A stretch of 32,000 nt of DNA from Desulfobulbus propionicus DSM 2032 (GCF_000186885.1 NC_014972.1:1080001-1112000); one strand, 5' to 3'. Counted from the stretch's first letter, positions 17,701-25,542 are shown. Made by a program: numbers and translations. The notes: generated from the letters alone by a model not told the origin.

Positions 17701-18749
17701 TCGAGAAGTTGTTGCACCGTGGCCACGGCCTGGGGTTGGGCTGCCACTTCCTGTTTGAGCGAGCGGATGGAAAAGATCGACTCATTCAAGGCGGCCGTCT
17801 TTTCCTGGGCGATTTTTTCCTGCTCTTTCTTCTGCTCGGTCAGCAAGGCGATCTGTTGTTCTTTCTCGGTGATGGCCTGATCGAGGGCCTTGATCTTGTC
17901 CACGGCCTTTTTTTCTTCGGCTTGAGCAGAGTGCAGCCGGTTGGCATTGTCCACCAGCTGGGCCTTGAGGTTGTCAGCTTCACTGATTTGCGCCTGAATC
18001 TGTTGCTGCAGGCTCTGGACCTGCGCCTCCTTTTCCTTGATCAACTGCTGCCCCTTCTCCTGGTCAGCCTTGGCTGCCTCCAACAATGCGGTGGCTTGGG
18101 TCAACTGCGATTTCAGGCTGGTGTTCTCGTTGAGCTGATCCTGGATCCGCTGTTGCGCATCGCGCAATGCAGCTTCTTTGTCGCCGACCGCCTGCCGCAG
18201 TTCGGCCACGGCAGCCTTGGTGGCGGCGAGTTCGGCGTCCAGGCGCGACTTTTCGGTGTGCAGCTTTTTCAGCGCCTCATCCTTGGTCGCCGCATCCGCG
18301 TTGCCCGTTTCCGCCTCGGCCAACAGTTTGCGATAGTCGGCGGCAACCGTTGCCTGGGCATTGAGCAGTTCTTGAATCCGTTGATCCTTGGTGCCGATTG
18401 TCTCCTGCAGCTTCTGCAGTTCCTCTTCAAGGGACGGTTGCGGCTGCACGGTCAACCCGACTGGAGCCGATTCTGTCTCCTGTTTCTGATGGGGGACGGC
18501 CTGCTTGTCGCTGTGCTGCGCCTGCTGAACCGTGGCTGGGGCAGGGGTGGCTGCCTCGGGGCCCGATTCGGGGGGAGTTGTTTCCACGTGTGGAGCAACC
18601 GGTTGCGCGGCGGGCTGGCCGTGAGGCGCTGCTATCGGGGCAGGCTCCCGAGAAATCGAGGTTTCCTTAATCATCTTGCTGTTATAGTTGGCGAGTACGA
18701 TGTATACCGCAACGCCGGCAAGGGACAGGAGGATCAGACGGATTTTCAT
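14769..18749 (-). CDS. Giant (1326 aa) envelope protein: N-terminal signal/anchor helix, Pro-rich linker, ~1050-residue coiled coil, TSP type-3-like motif, C-terminal OmpA-like peptidoglycan-binding domain
   Basis: ATG at 18749. The N-terminus is MKIRLILLSLAGVAVYIVLA/NY. A Pro/Ala/Gln-rich segment covers aa ~35-107, and an A/E/K/L/Q-rich helical region covers aa ~108-1165. The motif DDQDKDGVADAADLCPGSPAGSPVNGLGCP (aa 1182-1211, nt ~15117-15206) follows. The OmpA_C signature is NFASGTAVF...VEVAGYTDSAGDPKKNLDLSAQRAQSVVDYL...GYGKENPIADN...NRRVEL (nt ~14784-15107). No Walker/P-loop motif is present. It ends at the bidirectional terminator. Confidence 0.88.
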   Translation of the reverse strand: MKIRLILLSLAGVAVYIVLANYNSKMIKETSISREPAPIAAPHGQPAAQPVAPHVETTPPESGPEAATPAPATVQQAQHSDKQAVPHQKQETESAPVGLTVQPQPSLEEELQKLQETIGTKDQRIQELLNAQATVAADYRKLLAEAETGNADAATKDEALKKLHTEKSRLDAELAATKAAVAELRQAVGDKEAALRDAQQRIQDQLNENTSLKSQLTQATALLEAAKADQEKGQQLIKEKEAQVQSLQQQIQAQISEADNLKAQLVDNANRLHSAQAEEKKAVDKIKALDQAITEKEQQIALLTEQKKEQEKIAQEKTAALNESIFSIRSLKQEVAAQPQAVATVQQLLDERNAELEHLKQASAERIAELGKQLAEREQAVKELDTYKTEAAEAKKKAAALEAAQEPLRAALAKTEQSLTAAMESKGLLQHQLNELTAKVTTLNDEKLGLASQLAAMQEDQKNLLTRKATLEQQTTAKEASEEVSAMKQELQKNAEALKALAADKERLAAELTGTKNALAQLQQTLHALQTDHAKQQQVLGENESLVQSLRQKIEQQNGEMTTLKGVAAEKEQLAGELTQAKTGMAALNETIAQLQASGKKAEQLLQEKEGILHTTQQQLQERQAEGDRLKTHLAETTAQLETAKGDTAKAQQFIKDKEAQIQSLQQQIQEQTGEADKLKTQLAENANRLQVAMTQQKAAEDKSNALQQSITEKEQQIALLKEQKMAQGKIVQEKTAALNEALDSIQALKQEVAAHPQALAKVQALLDERGKELERLKQESAARIAALDKQVADLDQTNTTTVKELNASRAEAAEAKQKASTFEAAEKTLRAALTETEKTLAATVKSKEALQQQLDNKETVLKGSQAQLKELAAKVTALNDEKLGLASRLTAMQADQKNLLALKTAFDEQSAALSKAKAELEQLAALRVKTAELTKSVEEKTAALAKAAKQGEELTNLQGKLSQLTTQFDTTKTTVKQLESIKADLTGQLAAAQAKVQDLDGMKKALDEKTAALAQAEAKIKEMAAAGQQIAALEAKLTETQTGRQAAEQRAAKAEATVQQLSASQSENSRKVKALEDQLAAAQKQAQQDLVPTLNQQIATLRDQLAQMEAASAQMKKSLTENAQAAESKTQALQAEKDGLQQSLTASQTTIAELRKQLEQLKAQPQPEAVAPLTAATPAADDQDKDGVADAADLCPGSPAGSPVNGLGCPAGKGIILQGVNFASGTAVFTQESRKNLDTVAAALAHVPQMRVEVAGYTDSAGDPKKNLDLSAQRAQSVVDYLQTKGVARAQLTAKGYGKENPIADNATAAGKQKNRRVELHPMTP
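16020..16862 (-). repeat. Intragenic duplication, copy B (aa ~630-910 of the coiled-coil protein)
   Basis: LKTHLAETTAQLETAKGDTAKAQQFIKDKEAQIQSLQQQIQ...NDEKLGLASRLTAMQADQKNLLALKTAFDEQ. By hand alignment, 108 of the first 162 residues are identical to copy A. At the DNA level, 16744-16800 against 17998-18054 shows 50 of 57 identical bases. Copy B carries about 18 extra codons. Confidence 0.85.
17328..18116 (-). repeat. Intragenic duplication, copy A (aa ~212-474 of the coiled-coil protein)
   Basis: LKSQLTQATALLEAAKADQEKGQQLIKEKEAQVQSLQQQIQ...NDEKLGLASQLAAMQEDQKNLLTRKATLEQQ aligns colinearly with copy B. The offset is 418 codons (1254 nt) at the 5' end. Confidence 0.85.
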
Positions 18750-18797
18750 GGTGTGTGTGCTGTGGTTGAGGTCAAAGAAGGGAAAAGGGACAGGGTT

Positions 18798-20729
18798 TCA
18801 TGGACAAGGTTGGAGAATCAGGGTTGCCAGCGGCGGCAAGGTCAGGGACAAACTCTGCGCAAAGGTATGACTGGCCACGGGCTGGGCGATCAGATCGGTG
18901 CCGTTGGCAACACCGCTGCCGCCGTAAATGTGCAGATCGGAATTGATCAGCTCGCGGTACGGTCCAGCCGTGGGGACACCGATGCGGTAGTCGGTGCGCA
19001 CCACCGGGGTGAAATTGCAGACAACCACGACAAAATCGTCGGCCTGCTTGGCATAACGGACAAAAGAGAAGACGGCGTTGTCGGAATCATTGGCATCGAT
19101 CCATCGGAAACCGCTCCAGTCGAAATCGACCTCATGCAGGGCGGCGGTGTGCTGATAGACCAAGTTGAGATCGCGTACCAGCCGTTGCAGTCCCTGATGC
19201 CGGGGAGCGGTCAGGGCTTGCCATTCCAATCCGGTATCGTGGTTCCATTCCTGCCATTGACCGAACTCGCAGCCCATGAACAGCAGCTTCTTGCCCGAAT
19301 ACCCCCACATGAACCCGAAATAAGCGCGCAGGTTGGCGAACTTCTGCCACTCGTCGCCACTCATCTTGTTCAGCAGGGACCCCTTGCCATGGACCACCTC
19401 GTCGTGGCTGAGCGGCAGGACAAAATTTTCGTGGAAAGCATAGAGCATGCCAAAGGTCATCTGGTTGTGATGGAAGCGCCGGAACAGCGGATCCTTGGCC
19501 ATGTAGCTCAGGGTGTCGTGCATCCAGCCCATGTTCCACTTGAGGCTGAAGCCAAGACCGCCGAGATAGGTGGGGCGGCTGACCATGGGCCAGGAGGTCG
19601 ATTCCTCGGCAATGGTCAACACACCGGGAAAGATGCCGTGCACCACCTCGTTGACCTTGCGCAGGAAACTGATGGCCGCCAGATTTTCCCGGCCGCCGTA
19701 TTCATTGGGAATCCATTGCCCCTCCTCGCGGGAATAGTCGAGATAGAGCATGGAGGCCACCGCATCGACCCGCAGACCGTCGATATGATATTTGTCGATC
19801 CAGAACAGGGCGTTGGAGATGAGAAAGGAGCGAACTTCGTTGCGGCTGTAGTTGAAAATCAGGGTACCCCAGTCCTGATGTTCGCCCTGCAGGGGATTGG
19901 CGTGGGCATAGAGTTGGGTGCCGTCAAAGTTGTTGAGGCCGGCGCCATCCTTGGGGAAGTGAGCCGGCACCCAGTCGAGAATCACCCCCAGACCGGCGGC
20001 ATGACACTGATCGATGAAGAACATGAAGTCCTCGGGGGTGCCGAAGCGGGAGGTCGGAGCGTAAAAGCCGAGGACCTGATACCCCCAGGAGCCGTCAAAG
20101 GGGTGTTCGGCAATCGGCAACAGCTCGATATGGGTGTAGCCCATCTCCTTGACATAGGGGATGAGGGTATCCGCCAATTCGCGGTAGGTGAGATATCGTT
20201 GGCCCCATTGGGGATCGGCTTCCCGCCGCCAGGAGCCAAGATGGACTTCATAGATGGAGATCGGTCTGTCCAAGGCCTGGTGCCGTTGGCGGGCCGCGAT
20301 CCATTCGCCGTCCTGCCACGGGTAGCCATCCAGCCGTGCGACCACCGAGCCGGTGCGCGGCCGCTCCTCCATGGCAAAGCCGAAGGGGTCGGCCTTGTCC
20401 AGCTGATCGTTGTTATGGGTGGTGAGGTGGTATTTGTAGACCGTGAACTCGTGGAGCGCGGGGATGAACAGGGTCCAGATGCCTGTGTCGGAGGAATGCA
20501 TCGGGTGGCGGGTCGGGTCCCAGTCGTTGAAGTCGCCGATCACCGACACTTGGCGGGCGTTCGGGGCCCAGACCGCGAAGACCACGCCGTCGCTCCCGTC
20601 GAAACGGACCAGATGCGCCCCCAATTTCTCATAGGCCCGCTCGTGGGTGCCTTCGCTGATCAAATAACGGTCGAAGTTGCTCAGCCAATCCGCCGGAACT
20701 GCCCTTCCGGCTGGGATTTCGCGCTTCAT
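18798..20729 (-). CDS. glgB: 1,4-alpha-glucan (glycogen) branching enzyme
   Basis: GH13 motifs are present: [21 protein letters not shown] and [12 protein letters not shown]. The N-terminal CBM48-like region contains [22 protein letters not shown]. The track start at 20792 is a TTG. The first ATG (20729, MKREIPAG) is preferred, and the start is uncertain by 21 codons. Confidence 0.92.
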   Translation of the reverse strand: MKREIPAGRAVPADWLSNFDRYLISEGTHERAYEKLGAHLVRFDGSDGVVFAVWAPNARQVSVIGDFNDWDPTRHPMHSSDTGIWTLFIPALHEFTVYKYHLTTHNNDQLDKADPFGFAMEERPRTGSVVARLDGYPWQDGEWIAARQRHQALDRPISIYEVHLGSWRREADPQWGQRYLTYRELADTLIPYVKEMGYTHIELLPIAEHPFDGSWGYQVLGFYAPTSRFGTPEDFMFFIDQCHAAGLGVILDWVPAHFPKDGAGLNNFDGTQLYAHANPLQGEHQDWGTLIFNYSRNEVRSFLISNALFWIDKYHIDGLRVDAVASMLYLDYSREEGQWIPNEYGGRENLAAISFLRKVNEVVHGIFPGVLTIAEESTSWPMVSRPTYLGGLGFSLKWNMGWMHDTLSYMAKDPLFRRFHHNQMTFGMLYAFHENFVLPLSHDEVVHGKGSLLNKMSGDEWQKFANLRAYFGFMWGYSGKKLLFMGCEFGQWQEWNHDTGLEWQALTAPRHQGLQRLVRDLNLVYQHTAALHEVDFDWSGFRWIDANDSDNAVFSFVRYAKQADDFVVVVCNFTPVVRTDYRIGVPTAGPYRELINSDLHIYGGSGVANGTDLIAQPVASHTFAQSLSLTLPPLATLILQPCP

Positions 20730-20862
20730 GGGGTGTATGAGCCTCTTGAGGAGATCAATAGATGCAAAACGAGGTTCAATGTACCGTATCAACCGCTGAA
20801 TGTCATGGAGAAAGAGCAGTTTTGTCGCTGTTGCGGCATGTGGCGGGGCCCAAAGAGGGTGG

Positions 20863-22029
20863 TCAGCGGCAGAGGTGGAGGATGGCGGCCACCCGCTCGG
20901 GAGGATAATCCCGCAAACGCCAGATTCGCGCTAATCCACGGGTGTTGTCGGCAATCCGGGGAATGTCGCGTGCCGGGATGCCCAGATCGGCGAGGGTGGT
21001 CGGTGCGCGCACCCGGTGCAGCCATTCCTGCAAGCAGAGGGAGGTCTGGGCGGCAATGGATGCGGCTTGTTCCCCGTCCGGAAGACGGAAGAGCCGTCTG
21101 CCCAGTTCGGCGATCCGCCGCGCATACAAGTCGTGGTGGGCCCGCAGCCAACCGAGCATGACCACCGCCAGACCCGCGCCGTGGGGCACATTGTACAGGG
21201 CGCTGAGCGAATGTTCGATCAGGTGCATGGGAAAGCCGACCCGTCCCAGGCCGGCGGCGGTCAATCCGTTGAGGGCCAGAGTGGCGGTCCACATCAGGTT
21301 GGCGCGGCCGTTGTAGTCGCATGGATCGTCCATGCAGCGCAGGCAGGCCGTCATGGCATTGTCGATCAGCCCTTCCATCAGCCGATCCTGCACCGGGGAG
21401 TCCGGGTCGGATGCGGTCAGGTAGAATTCGAGCACGTGGCTGATGGCATCCACCGCTCCATAAACCGTGTAGTCCACGGGCACGGTGAAGGTGGTTTCCG
21501 GATCGAGGATCGAGGTCTTGGGGAAGAGCAAGCGGTGGCCAAAACCGAATTTTTCCCTGGTTGCATCGTTGGTGAGCACCATGCCCGCATTCATCTCCGA
21601 ACCGGAAGCGGCGAGCGTCAGCACGGTGGTCACCGGCAGGGTGGCCTTGATGCTCCGTTTGCCGGTGAAGAATTTCCACACATCGTGCTCGACCACGGCA
21701 CCGGCACCGATGGCCTTGGCGGTGTCGATCACCGAACCGCCGCCCGCGGCCACGATCACCTCGCTGCCGTGGGTCTTGGCCAGGGCAATACCCTCGCGGA
21801 CATGGGAGAGCAGGGGATTGGAACAGGTGCCGCCGAACTCGATCAGCTCAAGGCCCGCTTCCCGCAGGCTGTTGACGATCCGGGCGTGCAGGCCGCTGCG
21901 TTTAAGGCTGGTCTGACCGTAGACCAACAGGGCCCGCCTGCCCCATGCCCTGGTTTCGGAACCGATGGCGTTGACCGTATCGCGGCCAAACAAAATCTTG
22001 GTGGGGTTGTGAAAGACGAAATTGTGCAT
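20863..22029 (-). CDS. Iron-containing (group III) alcohol dehydrogenase, butanol dehydrogenase/YqhD-like
   Basis: The ATG at 22029 gives [15 protein letters not shown], the typical family N-terminus. The track ORF extends to 22119 across the DUF2062 stop. The NAD(P)-binding motif is [13 protein letters not shown]. Metal-binding histidines lie in [10 protein letters not shown] and [18 protein letters not shown]. Confidence 0.88.
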   Translation of the reverse strand: MHNFVFHNPTKILFGRDTVNAIGSETRAWGRRALLVYGQTSLKRSGLHARIVNSLREAGLELIEFGGTCSNPLLSHVREGIALAKTHGSEVIVAAGGGSVIDTAKAIGAGAVVEHDVWKFFTGKRSIKATLPVTTVLTLAASGSEMNAGMVLTNDATREKFGFGHRLLFPKTSILDPETTFTVPVDYTVYGAVDAISHVLEFYLTASDPDSPVQDRLMEGLIDNAMTACLRCMDDPCDYNGRANLMWTATLALNGLTAAGLGRVGFPMHLIEHSLSALYNVPHGAGLAVVMLGWLRAHHDLYARRIAELGRRLFRLPDGEQAASIAAQTSLCLQEWLHRVRAPTTLADLGIPARDIPRIADNTRGLARIWRLRDYPPERVAAILHLCR

Positions 22030-22039
22030 GGCGGCGGGG

Positions 22040-22549
22040 TCATCGGTCCATGCGGTTGAGCAGATGTTTCTGCCGCCTCTTTTCCCGTACCGCGGCGAAA
22101 AACCGAAAGACCAGCACATAGGTGAGCAGCCCGGACGGAAGGGCGAGCACCAGGCCGCCGGCCATCATCACCAGCAAGGCGTCAAGACCCAAGGCACGAA
22201 GAACGTCTAGGCTGTCCAAGATCCCTTCCCGCTTGATCATGTCCAGCGTTGCCAGAATTTTTTCCCAGCTGAGACGTCCCGGTAGAAAAAAATCGCCGAT
22301 CTTCCAGGCCGCGTAGTATTGGGGGACAAAGGTCAACGGATTGCTGACCACATTGGCCGCGAGGATGCCGGCGATCGGGTTGACACGCAGGGGCAGGGTC
22401 AAGCCGAGGATGAGAATATTGTGCAACGGCAGTGTCGGGGTCGCGCCGACCGCGGTGCCGATAGCCGCTCCCAGGGCAAGGGAGCGGGGGGATCCCTGCA
22501 ATCGTTTGAACCGAATGAAATAAAAGCGGGCGGTACGTTTGATGCTCAT
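22040..22549 (-). CDS. DUF2062-family membrane protein
   Basis: The ATG at 22549 (MSIKRTARFYFIRFKRLQGSPRSLALGAAIGTAVGATPTLPLHNILILGL...NVVSNPLTFVP) matches the DUF2062 pattern as I recall it. The 80 codons upstream in the track ORF are Arg/His/Pro-rich junk that overlaps the CPBP gene end. There is a 10-nt gap to the ADH start. Confidence 0.7.
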   Translation of the reverse strand: MSIKRTARFYFIRFKRLQGSPRSLALGAAIGTAVGATPTLPLHNILILGLTLPLRVNPIAGILAANVVSNPLTFVPQYYAAWKIGDFFLPGRLSWEKILATLDMIKREGILDSLDVLRALGLDALLVMMAGGLVLALPSGLLTYVLVFRFFAAVREKRRQKHLLNRMDR

Positions 22550-22641
22550 GTTCGGTGAAAGAAGTCCAATGGTCGTGGTGATGGCACCGGGGCACGGTAG
22601 GGGCTGATGCCGGAGCAGGTGTAGGTCCTGTCTGCCCCGAT

Positions 22642-23328
22642 TTACCAATACTGCCAAAAACCGGTGAAATAGACAAAACAGGCCAGGCCGATGTTGGTGG
22701 CCGCATGGGCGGTAATGCAGGCGATCAGATCCTTGCGGTTGACCCATAACAGGGACATGAGCAGTCCGTAGGCCACGGCCGCCGGCCATTCGTGCATGGC
22801 ATGGCCGGAAGTAAAGGCCAGCACCGAGAGGAGGACCGCTGGCCAGGACCAGGCGCCGGGTTCGATTTCGTTAACGGTCCGGTGATCCAGCGCCGTGTGC
22901 AGGGGCTCGGCTCGCCTTTCTTTTCTGGCACGATCCCACTGCAGGGCCAGGCGAAAGAGAAAGCCGCGCATCATCAATTCCTCGAAAAGCGGGACGATCA
23001 GGCCCGCGCTGAGCAAACGTAGGAAAAAGGCCTGCGGGGTCCAGGGAGAGGCCTCGGCGGGCGAGGTGAAAGGGGTCAGGAGCGCCAGCCATCCAAGCAG
23101 GCCGAGCAGTCCGCCCGCCAAGCCGACCAGAATGGAGCCACGCAAGGAGCGGGGGCCGCGGAGGGGACAATACCACCGCCAGCCCCAAAACAAGAGCAGA
23201 GGAACGACAATCAGCCGCAACAAATAGTTGACCTCCATCGACAGGGCGGTCGAGGGGAGGGAGGCAATACCCACATAAGCCAGATAGGGGGCCGCATAGG
23301 GCAGGATCAGCTGGCGGTTGGTGATCAT
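22642..23328 (-). CDS. CPBP-family (CAAX protease / Abi) intramembrane glutamic metalloprotease
   Basis: ATG at 23328 and a polytopic membrane protein. All three CPBP motifs are present: EELMMR (EExxxR), FTSGH (FxxxH) and HAATN (HxxxN). The C-terminal ...AHAATNIGLACFVYFTGFWQYW resembles the exosortase-associated CAAX-protease-related subgroup. That comparison is from recollection only. Confidence 0.8.
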   Translation of the reverse strand: MITNRQLILPYAAPYLAYVGIASLPSTALSMEVNYLLRLIVVPLLLFWGWRWYCPLRGPRSLRGSILVGLAGGLLGLLGWLALLTPFTSPAEASPWTPQAFFLRLLSAGLIVPLFEELMMRGFLFRLALQWDRARKERRAEPLHTALDHRTVNEIEPGAWSWPAVLLSVLAFTSGHAMHEWPAAVAYGLLMSLLWVNRKDLIACITAHAATNIGLACFVYFTGFWQYW

Positions 23329-23349
23329 ACGGACTCCGAGGGGCCAGCC

Positions 23350-23610
23350 TCAGGCGGTGGGCGGCTGTTCCGGGGTATCTTGCGCGGCCTTGATCGCCTC
23401 TGTTTTTTCCCGTTTATGGGTGCGGACGAAATCGATCGCCGCCCAGAGCAGCAATACTCCGCTGGCGATACGATTGAACAGCTGATGCTTCATCATCTCC
23501 GGGTCGGTGGTCAGCCAGCCATCGTAGAAACACCACAGGCCGAACCCGGCGAGAAGGACGGGGAAGACATAGGGGCTGATTTGAGGCGGTGCGGGTTTAC
23601 GGTTACTCAT
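23350..23610 (-). CDS. Small (86 aa) two-TM hypothetical membrane protein
   Basis: The ATG at 23610 gives MSNRKPAPPQISPYVFPVLLAGFGLWCFYDGW...RIASGVLLLWAAIDFV, followed by a charged tail. It overlaps the rsmA stop by 8 nt and ends 21 nt before the CPBP start. I recognise no family. Coding status is inferred from G/C-rich third positions, the hydrophobic pattern and the tight operon packing. Confidence 0.5.
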   Translation of the reverse strand: MSNRKPAPPQISPYVFPVLLAGFGLWCFYDGWLTTDPEMMKHQLFNRIASGVLLLWAAIDFVRTHKREKTEAIKAAQDTPEQPPTA

Positions 23611-24517
23611 GATGCTGCTCCTGGTGCGTTGTGGTGGGCGGGAGAAGGTGAGGAGAAAGCGATGCAAGGGCCTTGCTGAGTTCACGGGTCAAGGTGACGA
23701 ATTGCTCCAGCGACAGGGTTTCCGCGCGGTCCGACGGCGATACTCCCGCTGCGAGGATGGCCTCGGCCAATTTTTCCTTCTCGTCCAGCACGCGGGCGGC
23801 GGCCAGACCATTGAGCAGGGTCTTGCGGCGCTGGCCAAAGGCGGCGTGGACAATGCGGGTGAAGAGTTTGCGGTCAAACGCGCCCAGATCCTGCACCCGT
23901 TTGGGGCGTGGATGAAAGTCAATACGGATCACCAGGGAGTCGACCTTGGGCCGGGGATGAAATTCCGCCGGGTTGACGGCGAGCAGCGGCCGAACCTCGG
24001 CGCAGGCGGCGAGCAGCACCGTGGGCGCCCCGTATTCCTTGCTGCCGGGCTGGGCCATCAGCCGCTGGGCCACCTCTTTTTGCAGCATGACCACGGCAAA
24101 ATCCATCAGTTCGGCCTGGTCGATCAGGCGGAAGAGAAAGGGACTGGAGATCGAGTAGGGCAAGTTGGCGACAATCTTCAACCGTTTGCCCGGTTCGACC
24201 AGGGGGGCAAAATCGACCTTGAGCACGTCGGCATGGACCAACTCGACATTGGCGGGCAGGTCCTGCTGTTCCTGATGGAACCGGATGATGCCCGAATCGG
24301 CTTCCAGGCCGATCACCTTGGCGACGGCGGCGGCCAAGGGACGGGTCAGCGCGCCCAGGCCGACTCCGACCTCGATCACCTGATCGTCGGGCTGCAGGCC
24401 GGCCAGATCGACGATCCGCCGGGGCGTGCGTTCATGGACCAGGAAGTTCTGCCCCAGTTTTTTGTGCGGAGCCAGGCCTTGGCGTTTGAGGAGCTGTTTG
24501 GTCGGTTGGTGCGTCAT
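23603..24517 (-). CDS. rsmA: 16S rRNA (adenine1518/1519-N6)-dimethyltransferase RsmA/KsgA
   Basis: KKLGQNFLVHERTPRRIVD is present. The SAM-binding loop is VIEVGVGLGALT and the catalytic motif is NLPYSISS. At 304 aa it has a C-terminal tail of about 25-30 residues beyond the usual length. Confidence 0.92.
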   Translation of the reverse strand: MTHQPTKQLLKRQGLAPHKKLGQNFLVHERTPRRIVDLAGLQPDDQVIEVGVGLGALTRPLAAAVAKVIGLEADSGIIRFHQEQQDLPANVELVHADVLKVDFAPLVEPGKRLKIVANLPYSISSPFLFRLIDQAELMDFAVVMLQKEVAQRLMAQPGSKEYGAPTVLLAACAEVRPLLAVNPAEFHPRPKVDSLVIRIDFHPRPKRVQDLGAFDRKLFTRIVHAAFGQRRKTLLNGLAAARVLDEKEKLAEAILAAGVSPSDRAETLSLEQFVTLTRELSKALASLSPHLLPPTTTHQEQHHE

Positions 24518-24523
24518 GGGCGG

Positions 24524-25528
24524 TCAGTTGAGGGGAGAACGGGAATAGGCGTCGGCGTCGGCATCGAGGAGATGGCCGCCGAGGAACCGGTAGTAGCCGG
24601 CCACCGCCACCATGGCGGCGTTGTCGGTGCAGTAGACCGGTGAGGGCATGAACAGCTCCAGACCGTGTGCGTCGCATCGTTGGGCGAGCGCGTTTCGCAG
24701 CCTGGGGTTGGCCGCCACGCCGCCGCCGATGACGATCCGTTGATGCCCGGTCCGTTCGGCCGCGGCCAGGGTTTTGTCGACCAGGACATCGACCACCGCC
24801 TCCTGAAACGAGGCGCAGATATCCGGGATGGGCAGCGGTGCGCCGTTGCGCCGCAGGCTGTCCACCTGGGAGGCCACCGAGGTCTTGAGGCCGCTGAAAC
24901 TGAAGTCGAGGCTGTGTTCGCCCAGGCGGGCCCGGGGAAAGGCGATGGCCGTCGGGTCACCGTCCGCGGCCAGGCGGCTGATCACCGGTCCGCCTGGGTA
25001 GCCAAGCCCCAGCAGTTTGGCCACTTTGTCAAAGGCCTCGCCGGCGGCATCGTCGCGGGTACAGCCCAACCGGGTGAAGCTAAGTGGGTCCTCGACCGCA
25101 AAGAGCGAGGTGTTGCCGCCGGAGACGATCAGGGCCGTATAGGGGAAGGCGGGTTGCCGCTCCTCCAGCAGACAGGAGAGCAAATGAGCGGCCATGTGGT
25201 CGACGCCGACACAGGGCAGGCCGCGCACCAGGGCCAGTCCCTTGGCAAAGGTAAAACCGACCAGCAGCGAGCCGACCAATCCAGGTCCCTGGGTAGTAGC
25301 AATGAGATCGATATCAGTCAGATCGACTCCGGCCTGGTGCAGCGCCTCATCGACCACCGGCTGGATCATTTCAATGTGCCGGCGGGAAGCCAGCTCGGGA
25401 ACAATGCCGCCAAAACGGGCATGGATCTCGTTCTGACTGCTGATGATCGAGGAGAGGACCCGGTTTTCGGGTTGGACAACGGCCGCCGCCGTATCGTCGC
25501 ACGAGCTTTCAATGGCAAGGATAAGCAT
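24524..25528 (-). CDS. tsaD: tRNA N6-adenosine threonylcarbamoyltransferase TsaD
   Basis: The N-terminus is MLILAIESSCDDTAAAVV. The metal-binding motif is HMAAHL, and GGGVAANPRLR lies in the ASKHA fold. ATG at 25528. Confidence 0.95.
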   Translation of the reverse strand: MLILAIESSCDDTAAAVVQPENRVLSSIISSQNEIHARFGGIVPELASRRHIEMIQPVVDEALHQAGVDLTDIDLIATTQGPGLVGSLLVGFTFAKGLALVRGLPCVGVDHMAAHLLSCLLEERQPAFPYTALIVSGGNTSLFAVEDPLSFTRLGCTRDDAAGEAFDKVAKLLGLGYPGGPVISRLAADGDPTAIAFPRARLGEHSLDFSFSGLKTSVASQVDSLRRNGAPLPIPDICASFQEAVVDVLVDKTLAAAERTGHQRIVIGGGVAANPRLRNALAQRCDAHGLELFMPSPVYCTDNAAMVAVAGYYRFLGGHLLDADADAYSRSPLN

Positions 25529-25542
25529 GGGCCGCTGGTTGC

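Noticed and set aside
14769-18749. The giant coiled-coil protein as an SMC/Rad50-like or chromosome segregation ATPase, or as part of a defence system
   Set aside because: It has no Walker A/B or ABC signature motifs. It carries an N-terminal export or anchor signal and a C-terminal OmpA domain, which place it in the envelope. Its neighbours are metabolic or housekeeping genes, with no nuclease, helicase or other defence-associated partners.
17676-21161. A 1161-aa plus-strand ORF spanning the 5' end of the coiled-coil gene, all of glgB and part of the ADH gene
   Set aside because: It has the same frame relationship, with its codon position 1 on the wobble position of the giant gene and of glgB. 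It crosses two intergenic gaps with no domain logic. Its sequence is Gly/Arg/Leu/Gln-rich low-complexity. glgB on the opposite strand has unmistakable GH13 motifs.
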